64,000 nt of DNA from Longimicrobiales bacterium (GTDB lineage: Bacteria > Gemmatimonadota > Gemmatimonadetes > Longimicrobiales > Gaopeijiaceae). The position numbers were made by a program, and so were the translations under genes. The stretch is from positions 896,001-960,000 of the forward strand of contig CAXXKM010000002.1 in the NCBI GenBank assembly GCA_963664435.2, given 5' to 3'. Below are positions 46,771 to 55,412 of the stretch, piece after piece; the first letter of the stretch is position 1; the number at the start of each line of letters is the position of its first letter. The notes under the pieces were generated by a model that was not told the DNA's origin, ran no database searches, and worked only from the letters and a program-made list of their open reading frames with translations.

Positions 46771-46924
46771 CCGGCGGACCGGTTCGCGGCCCGGGGAGGT
46801 GCCTGGGTGCGGGTTGGGCAAGCTTGCTCCGGGGGCAGTGGTGGGTGGGCCGCGCAGTCCGTACAACTTGGAAGGTGTTGCGGTTATCTTCCACTCCCCC
46901 CAACGCTGCTGTCCGTACTGGAAG

Positions 46925-49792
46925 ATGTCGCGAGTCATGCCGTCGTCCGAACTATTCAGTGGGCCGAACGCCGGATACGTGGAGGAGTTGTTCCAACGGT
47001 ATCTCGCGGATCCGGGGTCGGTCTCCGCCCACTGGCACTCGATTTTCGCCAAAGAGGCCGGGGAACCGCCCCCATCGCCGACCGCCCCGCCGCCGGCGCC
47101 CGCACCTCAGCGCAGCGCCACCCTGCGCGCGATGCAGGAACTCCTCCATCTCGTCGCACGCGCCACCTCGCTCGTGCAGGCCTTCCGCGACCACGGTCAC
47201 CAGCTGGCGCGCATCGATCCGCTCGGGAGCGATCCCCCGGGGCACCCGCAGCTCGACCCGTCCTTCTTCGGCACCAGCATGGAGCAGCTGGAGGCACTCC
47301 CCGCCTCCACCGTCCTCGGCGACGATGGCGACGAACGGGTTCCGGACTACCTGCAGCGGCTGGAGCGCGTCTACTGCGGATCCATCGGATACCAGTTCGA
47401 GCACCTGGAGTCGCCGGAGCGGGTGCGCTGGCTCTGGCACCAGGTGGAGTCGGGCGCCCACGCGCAGCAGCCGCCCCGCGAAGAGCAGGTGGCACTGCTG
47501 ATCCGCCTCGCCCGGGTGGAAGGCCTCGAACAGTTCCTGCACAGGGTCTATCCGGGGCAGGTGCGGTTCTCCCTCGAGGGGAACGACATGCTCGTGCCCA
47601 TGGTGGACCTGGTGCTCGAGATCGCGGCGGGGCGGGGATGCCGGGAAGTCGTGATGGGGATGGCCCACCGGGGCCGGCTCAACGTGCTCGCGCACAGCGT
47701 AGGCGTCGGCTACGACGAGATCCTGCGCCAGTTCGAGGGCGCGGTCCCGGCCGCGGACGGCATCCTGACCCTGCCCGACGACGAGAGCGGGATCGGGGAC
47801 GTGAAGTACCATCACGGCGCCACGCGCGACCATGTCCTGCGCAACGGAAGCACGGTGCGGGTCACGCTGGCCCCCAACCCGAGCCACCTGGAGTTCGTCA
47901 ATCCGGTGGTGGCGGGGGTGGCGCGGGCACGCCAGTTCGCGGGTCCCCGCCAGGATGACGAACAGCACACGGCCGCGGTCGTGCCGCTCCTCATCCACGG
48001 CGACGCCGCCTTCGCCGCCGAGGGGGTGGTGGCGGAGTCGCTCAACCTGGCCCGGCTGACGGGATACGCGACGGGCGGCGTGGTGCACCTGATCGTCAAC
48101 AACCAGATCGGCTTCACCACCGACCCGGAAGAGGGCCGCTCCACCCGCTACGCGTCCGATCTCGCCAAGGGATACGACATCCCGGTCCTGCGCGTGAACG
48201 CCGACGATCCTCCCGCCTGCCTCACCGCGATGCGCCTGGCGATGGCGTACCGGGCGGAATTCCACGACGACATCGTGGTGGACCTGATCGGGTATCGGCG
48301 GCACGGGCACAACGAGGGGGACGATCCGGCCTACACCCAGCCGCGTCTGTACGAGCGCATCCGGGCGCATCCCACCGTGTTCACCCTGTATGCCGAGGAG
48401 CTGGTGAAGGCAGGGATCGTGACCGCGGACGAGGTCGCCGCGGCCCGTCGCGACGCACCCGACCACCTGCGGGAGGCGCTGGTGGCGGCGAGCGCGGCGA
48501 AGCCATCCGCCGAGCCCGCGACGGCCGGGGCCGATGCACCCAAGCCGTCCCCGGGAGGCGCATCCGGCTCCGCCGCGAGGGCCGCGCTGGCCGAAGCCCG
48601 GGACCCGACGGAATCGTGGAGCCGGGATACCTGCGCCGCGGCCGTCCCGTTTGAAGCCCTTGCGGAGATCAACGCGGCGTCGACCGCGGTCCCGGAGGGA
48701 TTCGCCGTCAACCGCAAGCTGCGGCGGCAGCTGGACCGGAGCCGGAGCGACTTCACCAGGGAGTCCTCGCTGGAGTGGGCCCACGCCGAAGTGCTCGCCC
48801 TGGGTTCGCTCCTCCGGGATGGGGTGCCCATCCGCTTCAGCGGTCAGGATGCGCAGCGCGGCACCTTCAGCCATCGCCATCTCGTCTTCCACGACGCCGA
48901 CACCGGCTCCACGCACGTGCCGCTGGCGACCCTGGGCGGCGCCCGCTTCGAGATCCACAACTCGCCGCTGTCCGAGACCGCGGTGCTGGGCTTCGAGTAC
49001 GGCTACAGCGTGGGCGCGGACAGCGATCTGGTCATCTGGGAGGCCCAGTTCGGCGACTTCGTAAACGTGGCCCAGCCCATCATCGACCAGTTCGTGGTGT
49101 CGGGGCAGTCCAAGTGGGGACAGCTCTCCCGTCTCGTGCTGCTGCTGCCGCACGGATACGAGGGACGGGGACCGGAGCACTCGAGCGCGCGCCTGGAGCG
49201 CTTTCTGCAGATGTGCGCCGCCGGCAACATGCGGATCGCCAATCCCACCACCTCCGCCCAGTACTTCCACCTTCTGCGTCACCAGGCGCACACCCCGGAG
49301 CGCCCGCTCGTGGTCATGACCCCCAAGAGCCTTCTGCGCCACAAGCTGGCCCGCTCCGAGGCCTCGCAGCTTACCAGCGGGGGCTTCCGTGCGGTGCTGG
49401 CGGAGGACGTGGCGGACACGGCCCGCCGGTCCGCGACCCGGCTCATCCTGTGCAGCGGCAAGGTCTACTACGACCTGCTCGCGAGCGAGGAGCGCGCGCA
49501 CGCGAAGGACGCGGTGCTGGCCCGGGTCGAGCAGCTCTATCCGTTCCCGCGCCGCGCGATCGCGGAGTTGCTGGCGCGCCTGCCGGCCTTGAGCGCGGTC
49601 GTGTGGGCCCAGGAAGAGCCCCGCAACATGGGGGCGCGCTCGTATGTCGAGCCCCTGCTCCGGGCTCTGCTGCCCGCAACCCTGACGTTACGTCAGGCTT
49701 CGCGCCCGGAGTGGTCCAGCCCGGCCGAGGGCAAGATGTCCGACCACATGAAGGGCCAGCGGCGCATCATCCGGGAGGCGTTCGCGCAGTAG
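46925..49792 (+). CDS. sucA: 2-oxoglutarate dehydrogenase E1 component
   Basis: GMAHRGRLNVL, DVKYH, NPSHLE, HGDAAF, WEAQFGDF, GPEHSSAR, QEEPRNMG. Confidence 0.95.
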   Translation: MSRVMPSSELFSGPNAGYVEELFQRYLADPGSVSAHWHSIFAKEAGEPPPSPTAPPPAPAPQRSATLRAMQELLHLVARATSLVQAFRDHGHQLARIDPLGSDPPGHPQLDPSFFGTSMEQLEALPASTVLGDDGDERVPDYLQRLERVYCGSIGYQFEHLESPERVRWLWHQVESGAHAQQPPREEQVALLIRLARVEGLEQFLHRVYPGQVRFSLEGNDMLVPMVDLVLEIAAGRGCREVVMGMAHRGRLNVLAHSVGVGYDEILRQFEGAVPAADGILTLPDDESGIGDVKYHHGATRDHVLRNGSTVRVTLAPNPSHLEFVNPVVAGVARARQFAGPRQDDEQHTAAVVPLLIHGDAAFAAEGVVAESLNLARLTGYATGGVVHLIVNNQIGFTTDPEEGRSTRYASDLAKGYDIPVLRVNADDPPACLTAMRLAMAYRAEFHDDIVVDLIGYRRHGHNEGDDPAYTQPRLYERIRAHPTVFTLYAEELVKAGIVTADEVAAARRDAPDHLREALVAASAAKPSAEPATAGADAPKPSPGGASGSAARAALAEARDPTESWSRDTCAAAVPFEALAEINAASTAVPEGFAVNRKLRRQLDRSRSDFTRESSLEWAHAEVLALGSLLRDGVPIRFSGQDAQRGTFSHRHLVFHDADTGSTHVPLATLGGARFEIHNSPLSETAVLGFEYGYSVGADSDLVIWEAQFGDFVNVAQPIIDQFVVSGQSKWGQLSRLVLLLPHGYEGRGPEHSSARLERFLQMCAAGNMRIANPTTSAQYFHLLRHQAHTPERPLVVMTPKSLLRHKLARSEASQLTSGGFRAVLAEDVADTARRSATRLILCSGKVYYDLLASEERAHAKDAVLARVEQLYPFPRRAIAELLARLPALSAVVWAQEEPRNMGARSYVEPLLRALLPATLTLRQASRPEWSSPAEGKMSDHMKGQRRIIREAFAQ

Positions 49793-49803
49793 CCGGCCCT
49801 TCC

Positions 49804-51651
49804 TCACCAGCCCACCGCGTACGCGACGCGCCGGGGATCCGCTCCGGCCATCAGCGCCCCCGTCCGGGCATCCAGAGTGATTCCCTGGATGCTGCCGAAC
49901 GCGTAGCCGGGCGCAAGCTCCACGGTGTATCCCAGCCCATCGAGCGCCCGGACCACGTCACCGGGCAGCCGATCCTCAAGGCTGAAACGGACCTCCGCCC
50001 CCGGCTGGTAGAAGTTGGGCTCCCCGCGCAGCGCGAAGCGGGGCGCCGCGATGGCCTCCTGGATCGGCATCCCGAAGTCCAGCAGGTTCACGAGCACCTG
50101 GAACTGGGTCTGGCCGATCGTCTCACCGCCCGGCGTTCCCAGTGCCGCATGGAACCGCCCATCCCTGAGTACGATGATGGGCGAGTTGTTGAGGATGGGA
50201 ATCTGCCCGCCTCTGACGTAGTTCACGTTGTCGGGGTAGGGCGACGTCGAACCGATGCGGGTGCCGTTGTTGAAGGTCAGCCCGGTGTTGCCGACCACCA
50301 CGCCCGTGCCGAAACCCCCGCCGTGCGTCGGCGTCGCCGCGATGACGTTGCCGAACCGGTCGGCGATGGAGAAGCTGGTCGTGCTCCCCGCGTAGGATTG
50401 TTCGGCAAAGTGGCCCCGTGGGCGCTTCGCCGCCTCCGCGCCCGCCGCGCGCGCGCCCGACTGCAATACCTCGACCCGCGCCGGGTTGCCGGCTCCCGGG
50501 TACGCCATCACCCGCGAGGGGTCGATGAGGGATCGACGCGCCGAGGCGTAGTCCTTCGACAGCAGCTCGTCGATGGGCACGTCGACCAGAGCCGGATCGG
50601 CCGCATACGCGTAGACATCGGCCTTGGCGACCTTGATCGCCTCCGACAGCAGATGGATGGTCTCCGGGCTTCCCGGACCGAGGGCCCGGAGGTCGAAGCC
50701 CTCGACGAGATTCAGCTGCATCGTCACTTCGAGCCCGCCGCGGGACGTGGGTGGACTGGAGTACACGTCGTAGCCCCGGTAGGTGGTGTGAACCGGCTCC
50801 GCCCAGATGGGCTCGTAACGCGCGAAGTCCTCCATGGTGAAGTCGCCGCCGTTCTCGCTGTAGAAGCGCGCCATCTCATCGGCGATGTCGCCGCTGTAGA
50901 AGCGGTCGAAGGCGGCGCGAAGCGCATCCGAGCGCGTCTTGCCGGCCGCCAGCGCCAACCGTTCCGCCTCGACCACCCTGCGGAGCGTGTTCGCCAGATC
51001 GGGCATCCGGAAGTTCTCGCCGGGCTGCGGCACCCTTCCGAGCGGAAGGAACATCCTCCGGCTCGACGGGAAGCTCTCGAACAGCTCCCTGTGGGACTCG
51101 ATCGCCGCCACCACCGATGCCTCGATGGGATGGCCGTTCTCCGCGTAGTCGATGGCCGGAGCCAGCACCTGGGCGAGGCTCATGGTGCCGAAGCGGTCCA
51201 GAAGCGCGATCCATCCTCCGAACAGGCCCGGGACGACGCCCGCGTGGATGCCCTTGTTCAGCTCTTCGGCGCCGAGACTCGACGGATCGAGCGCCAGGGG
51301 AGCGGCGCCGGTGGCTCCCAGCGAGTACACGCGGTCGGAGACGCGGTCGTAGAGGGTCACGAACCCGTTCCCGGCCATCCCGGACATCTGGGGCCGCACC
51401 ACGTTCAGGGTGGCGAGCGTCGCGACGGCGGCATCGGCGGCGTTGCCTCCGGCCATGAGCATGCGGAGGCCGGTCATCGACGCCAGCGGGTGCCCTGCCG
51501 TCACCAGGCCGTTGGGACCAGGCACCGCGGGCCGGTGCGCCGCGCGGTCGAGGTGCCGCTCCAGGCCCCTGTCCTGAGCCGCGGCACCGCGCGGCAGAAC
51601 GAGGAGCGCCGCGGCGAAGAGCGTCACCATCGAAATGGAAAAGCGTCCCAT
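49804..51651 (-). CDS. ggt: Gamma-glutamyltransferase, secreted
   Basis: Signal peptide, GGNAADAA, TTSFSIADRFGN, GTPGG, GADPRR. Confidence 0.9.
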   Translation of the reverse strand: MGRFSISMVTLFAAALLVLPRGAAAQDRGLERHLDRAAHRPAVPGPNGLVTAGHPLASMTGLRMLMAGGNAADAAVATLATLNVVRPQMSGMAGNGFVTLYDRVSDRVYSLGATGAAPLALDPSSLGAEELNKGIHAGVVPGLFGGWIALLDRFGTMSLAQVLAPAIDYAENGHPIEASVVAAIESHRELFESFPSSRRMFLPLGRVPQPGENFRMPDLANTLRRVVEAERLALAAGKTRSDALRAAFDRFYSGDIADEMARFYSENGGDFTMEDFARYEPIWAEPVHTTYRGYDVYSSPPTSRGGLEVTMQLNLVEGFDLRALGPGSPETIHLLSEAIKVAKADVYAYAADPALVDVPIDELLSKDYASARRSLIDPSRVMAYPGAGNPARVEVLQSGARAAGAEAAKRPRGHFAEQSYAGSTTSFSIADRFGNVIAATPTHGGGFGTGVVVGNTGLTFNNGTRIGSTSPYPDNVNYVRGGQIPILNNSPIIVLRDGRFHAALGTPGGETIGQTQFQVLVNLLDFGMPIQEAIAAPRFALRGEPNFYQPGAEVRFSLEDRLPGDVVRALDGLGYTVELAPGYAFGSIQGITLDARTGALMAGADPRRVAYAVGW

Positions 51652-51806
51652 CGGATCCTGCCTTTCGACGAAGTTGGCGAGGGAGCGCCCGCCGGGACCG
51701 TTCCGGAGTCCCCGTCGCCATGGGCGAGCGGGACCTGCGGGCCTCCGTCGGGACATTGTACGCAACAGATCGTCGCGCCCGCCACAAGGCAGCCGCCGCC
51801 GGTGTG

Positions 51807-52559
51807 CTACCGCCGGTCGGGCGCCTCCGGGAACCTCCCCGTCCCGAGGAAGCTGATTACCGCCTCGGCGCTGAAGCGGCTGTTCATGAGGAAGGTATGG
51901 GTCGCCGGTACCACGATCAGCGGCACGCCCTCGATTCTGGTGTGCTCGATGCCGACCATGCCGTCGTCCGGCCCCGGAATCAGAGCCGACCCGATCGGGT
52001 TGAGGCTCCGGCTGCCCGCGATGATTCCGACCTCGTACCCCGGAGGAGGAAGGTTGGCCGGGATGTCGCTGGCGCCGGTGCCGAGGGCCTCCCCCGCAGG
52101 CCCCAGGAGGTGGCCGAACGGCTGCTCGCGGAACCAGTCCGCCATCTCGCTGCCCTGGTTGGGAGGCCCAAGCAGGACGACGCGTCCCAGGGCGTCAGGG
52201 GGAGAGTCGGCCAGGTATCGGCGGATCACGAGCCCGCCGAGGGAGTGCCCGACGAAGTGAATGCGCGAAGCCGTGGCACAACAGCCCGATACCTCCGCAG
52301 CCAACGTCTCCACGTGCTCCGCCATGGATCCGCCCCGCGAGTCGTACCCGACGTTCGTGACGTTGTAGCCTGCGCGCTCGAGCCGCTGGGCCAGAAGCAG
52401 CATGGAGGTCCGAGTGCGGCCGAGCCCGTGCAGGAGCACCACGGAATCCCCTTCCCCCTGCAAGCCGGCCTCGCCCCCGATGGCGGCAGCCGCCGCGAGC
52501 GCGAGACAGAGACCGATCAGCAGGGCCGCCGGCACCCGCGTCCACAGTCTCCGCGCCAT
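51807..52559 (-). CDS. Alpha/beta hydrolase (lipase-like)
   Basis: LLHGLGR, GHSLGG, DDGMV, HTF. Confidence 0.88.
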   Translation of the reverse strand: MARRLWTRVPAALLIGLCLALAAAAAIGGEAGLQGEGDSVVLLHGLGRTRTSMLLLAQRLERAGYNVTNVGYDSRGGSMAEHVETLAAEVSGCCATASRIHFVGHSLGGLVIRRYLADSPPDALGRVVLLGPPNQGSEMADWFREQPFGHLLGPAGEALGTGASDIPANLPPPGYEVGIIAGSRSLNPIGSALIPGPDDGMVGIEHTRIEGVPLIVVPATHTFLMNSRFSAEAVISFLGTGRFPEAPDRR

Positions 52560-52864
52560 CCGGGCGCTCACGTGCGCCGCGAACGACAAGCCGTGGTCAG
52601 CCGATTCCCGCCAACCCCGTGGCATTCTCCGGTATCTTCGGGGAGTCGCAGTCAGAACCATCGTTGAAGAGCATCGGCACGTCTCTGATCACTGCCCGGC
52701 GCGCGCCCGGGGGTAGCGGCCAGCTGTCCGCCGGCGGTCGGCGGTCGGGTCCACCCCGCAACGGGCAGGCGCTCGGAGTCACACGGTTCATACTCCGGAA
52801 TGCGGGCCGTCGTTTCGAGGGATCCCGACAGGCGAGCCGTGAGACCGCGGCGGGATCAGCCGTG

Positions 52865-54241
52865 CTACCTCCTCGGCGCCACGCCCCCCGGGAACACGAC
52901 CGGGCTCTCGTTGCCGTCCCGCGCCACCGACGCCACCCCGAACAGGTAGTTGTCGATCACGAGCCCGTCGAAGGTGTACTCGCCGACGTCGCCAACGAAG
53001 CGCGCGCGCTGCCACTGGGGCGCGGTGGTCTCGCGCCAGTAGACCTTGTAGCCCGCCAGATCCGGGTGCTCGACCCGATCCCACACCAGGAAGGCGGACG
53101 CCCGCACCGCACCGCCGATGGCCACGTTGGCGGGCGCCGGCGGACCCCACGCGATCGACGCCATGGTGGCCGCGTTGACGGCGGTGAGCCTGGCCGCGTA
53201 GTCGAAGTTCACTCCCTCGATCACGTCTCCGTACTCGACCCCGTCCTCCACCCGGACGTCCTGGTGCTGGCGCGGGTAGTACTCGTGGGTCTCCATGATG
53301 CGCACGCCCGGGAAGCCGCGGTCGTTGAAGGGGCGGTGGTGGCCGCCCCGCCCGAAGCGGTCCAGCCGGTAGATCATGATCGCGTCGAGGTTGGGGATGT
53401 ACTGGTCCGTGATGCGCGCCACGTAGCGGGCGATCTGGCGCGAGGGGCCGTCCACCTCGCCCCCCGTGGTGCGCCGCCGCCGATGGGCGTCGAGGTCGTC
53501 CGTGAACGGTGTGGGCTCCGAGAAGACGCGGAAGGTGTTGTTCTCGATCACGCCGTCGACGCCTTCGATGTTGCCGATCATGTCGTTGTTGAGCACGCCG
53601 ACGATGTCCCAGCCCCGGTCCACCGCGAGCCCCGCGATGTGCTGCCCTCCGAAGAGCCCCTGCTCCTCTCCCGAGAGCCCGAGATAGACGATGCTCGACG
53701 GGAAGGTGTAGCGGGTCAGCACACGGGCCGCCTCGATCACTCCGGCCATCCCCGAGGCGTTGTCGTTGGCGCCGGGGGCATCGGTCACCCCGTCGGAGGC
53801 GTCGGAGGGACGCGAGTCGATGTCGCCCGACATGATGATGTAGCGATTCGGGTGCACCGTGCCGCGCTGAATCGCCATCACGTTGACCACCCAGGTGTCC
53901 TCGCGGATGCGGCCGCGCTCGCTGCCGGGCACCAGCGCGCCTTCGAAGCTCACTTCGAGACATCCGCCGCACGCCGCCGAAATCGCATCCATCTCGCTCT
54001 TGATCCAGCGCCGCGCCGCCCCGATCCCGCGAGTGGCGGAGAGGGTGTCGGACAGCGTGCTGCGCGTTCCGAACCCGGCGAGGATGCGGATATCCTCCTC
54101 CAGCCGCTCCGCCGACACCGCGTCGATGATCTCGTAGATGCGGGCGTCGGACTGGGCCGGCGCGGTCTGCGCCCGTACGGCCCCCGGCCCGACCGTGGCC
54201 AGACCCAGAAAGAGCGCGGTCGTGATGATTCCCGAGTGCAC
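52865..54241 (-). CDS. M28-family secreted metallopeptidase
   Basis: GANDNASG, GEEQGL, NNDM; signal peptide after the GTG start with AGGGGG RBS. Confidence 0.88.
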   Translation of the reverse strand: MHSGIITTALFLGLATVGPGAVRAQTAPAQSDARIYEIIDAVSAERLEEDIRILAGFGTRSTLSDTLSATRGIGAARRWIKSEMDAISAACGGCLEVSFEGALVPGSERGRIREDTWVVNVMAIQRGTVHPNRYIIMSGDIDSRPSDASDGVTDAPGANDNASGMAGVIEAARVLTRYTFPSSIVYLGLSGEEQGLFGGQHIAGLAVDRGWDIVGVLNNDMIGNIEGVDGVIENNTFRVFSEPTPFTDDLDAHRRRRTTGGEVDGPSRQIARYVARITDQYIPNLDAIMIYRLDRFGRGGHHRPFNDRGFPGVRIMETHEYYPRQHQDVRVEDGVEYGDVIEGVNFDYAARLTAVNAATMASIAWGPPAPANVAIGGAVRASAFLVWDRVEHPDLAGYKVYWRETTAPQWQRARFVGDVGEYTFDGLVIDNYLFGVASVARDGNESPVVFPGGVAPRR

Positions 54242-54452
54242 GATGTCCCCCTGGTTCGTAGGAATGACGATCTGCTGATCGCGGAAGTCCCATGTTCCGT
54301 CGTCGGCTCCCGCCCGACGGGCGAGTTGATCCGCCGCCAATCTGGCATTCCGGCGCTCCGGCTGCCAGACTCAACGCTCCTGCAATCGGACGCGAGCGGA
54401 GCGACCGCCGGACGTGCGGGCCCGCGCGGCCGAAGCCCCTGACCCGGCGCCC

Positions 54453-55283
54453 ATGGACCTTGCCCTTCCCGTCAGCCTGGACCGTCCCCTGGCCTTCCTC
54501 GACCTCGAAACCACCGGTCTGAACCGAAGCGAGGACCGCGTCGTCGAGCTGGCGCTGCTCATCCTGTATCCCGACGGCCGGGTCGTGGACAGGGTCCGCC
54601 GCTTCAACCCGGGCAAGCCCATCCCCTCCGAGGCCTCCGCGGTCCACGGCATCAGCGACGCCGACGTTGCGGACGAAGCCCCCTTCCGGAGCCGGGCACG
54701 CAGCCTGGCCGGCCTGCTGGACGGGTGCGATCTGGCCGGGTTCAACATCCGCGGCTTCGACCTGCACATCCTGCTCGAGGAGTTCCGGCGCGCGGAGGTC
54801 CCCTTCGACCTGAAGGACCGCCGGCTCATCGACGCCCAGGTGATCTTCCACCGGGAGGAGCCGCGCGATCTGGCCGCCGCCGCCCGCATGTACGTCCAGG
54901 ACGAGCACGACGGCGCACACAGCGCTCGCGCGGACGTGCGCATGACCGCCCGCGTGCTCGCCGCGCAGCTCGCCCACTACCCGGAGCTTCCGGGCGACAT
55001 CGCCGGGCTCCACGCCTACTGCGACGAGGTGAGGCCCTTTCTGACGGAGTTCCGGAGGTGGTTCTCGGGGAGCGGCCTGGGGAGCTACGTCTTCGCCCGC
55101 GGAAAGCATCGGGGGACGCGGCTGGCGGAAGTGGCGGCGACCTCGCCAGACTACCTGGACTGGATGCTGACGGCGAGCGACATGGCGGACGACGTGCTCG
55201 AAGCGGTGCGCCAGGCGCTCGAGCGCTTCGGCGGCCGCGAACCGCCCGGAGCCGGCGGCGAACCTCCGGGACGGGGTTTCTGA
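54453..55283 (+). CDS. DEDDh 3'-5' exonuclease (DnaQ-like)
   Basis: DLETTG, FNIRGFD, HSARAD, GKHRG tail. Confidence 0.9.
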   Translation: MDLALPVSLDRPLAFLDLETTGLNRSEDRVVELALLILYPDGRVVDRVRRFNPGKPIPSEASAVHGISDADVADEAPFRSRARSLAGLLDGCDLAGFNIRGFDLHILLEEFRRAEVPFDLKDRRLIDAQVIFHREEPRDLAAAARMYVQDEHDGAHSARADVRMTARVLAAQLAHYPELPGDIAGLHAYCDEVRPFLTEFRRWFSGSGLGSYVFARGKHRGTRLAEVAATSPDYLDWMLTASDMADDVLEAVRQALERFGGREPPGAGGEPPGRGF

Positions 55284-55412
55284 CTCCGGTCAGCTTGCAC
55301 CGAACCGGCGCGGATACGATTCTTTTTCGGGCCGTCCACAAGTGCCGGAAAGGCGTTACCCGTCTCTAGCCTCGCCGTCCGGCCGGGTCTTTTCGTGTCA
55401 GGAGAAATCAGC

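Noticed and set aside
46925..49792. sucA without adjacent sucB
   Set aside because: Split suc genes are common; nothing else unusual seen.
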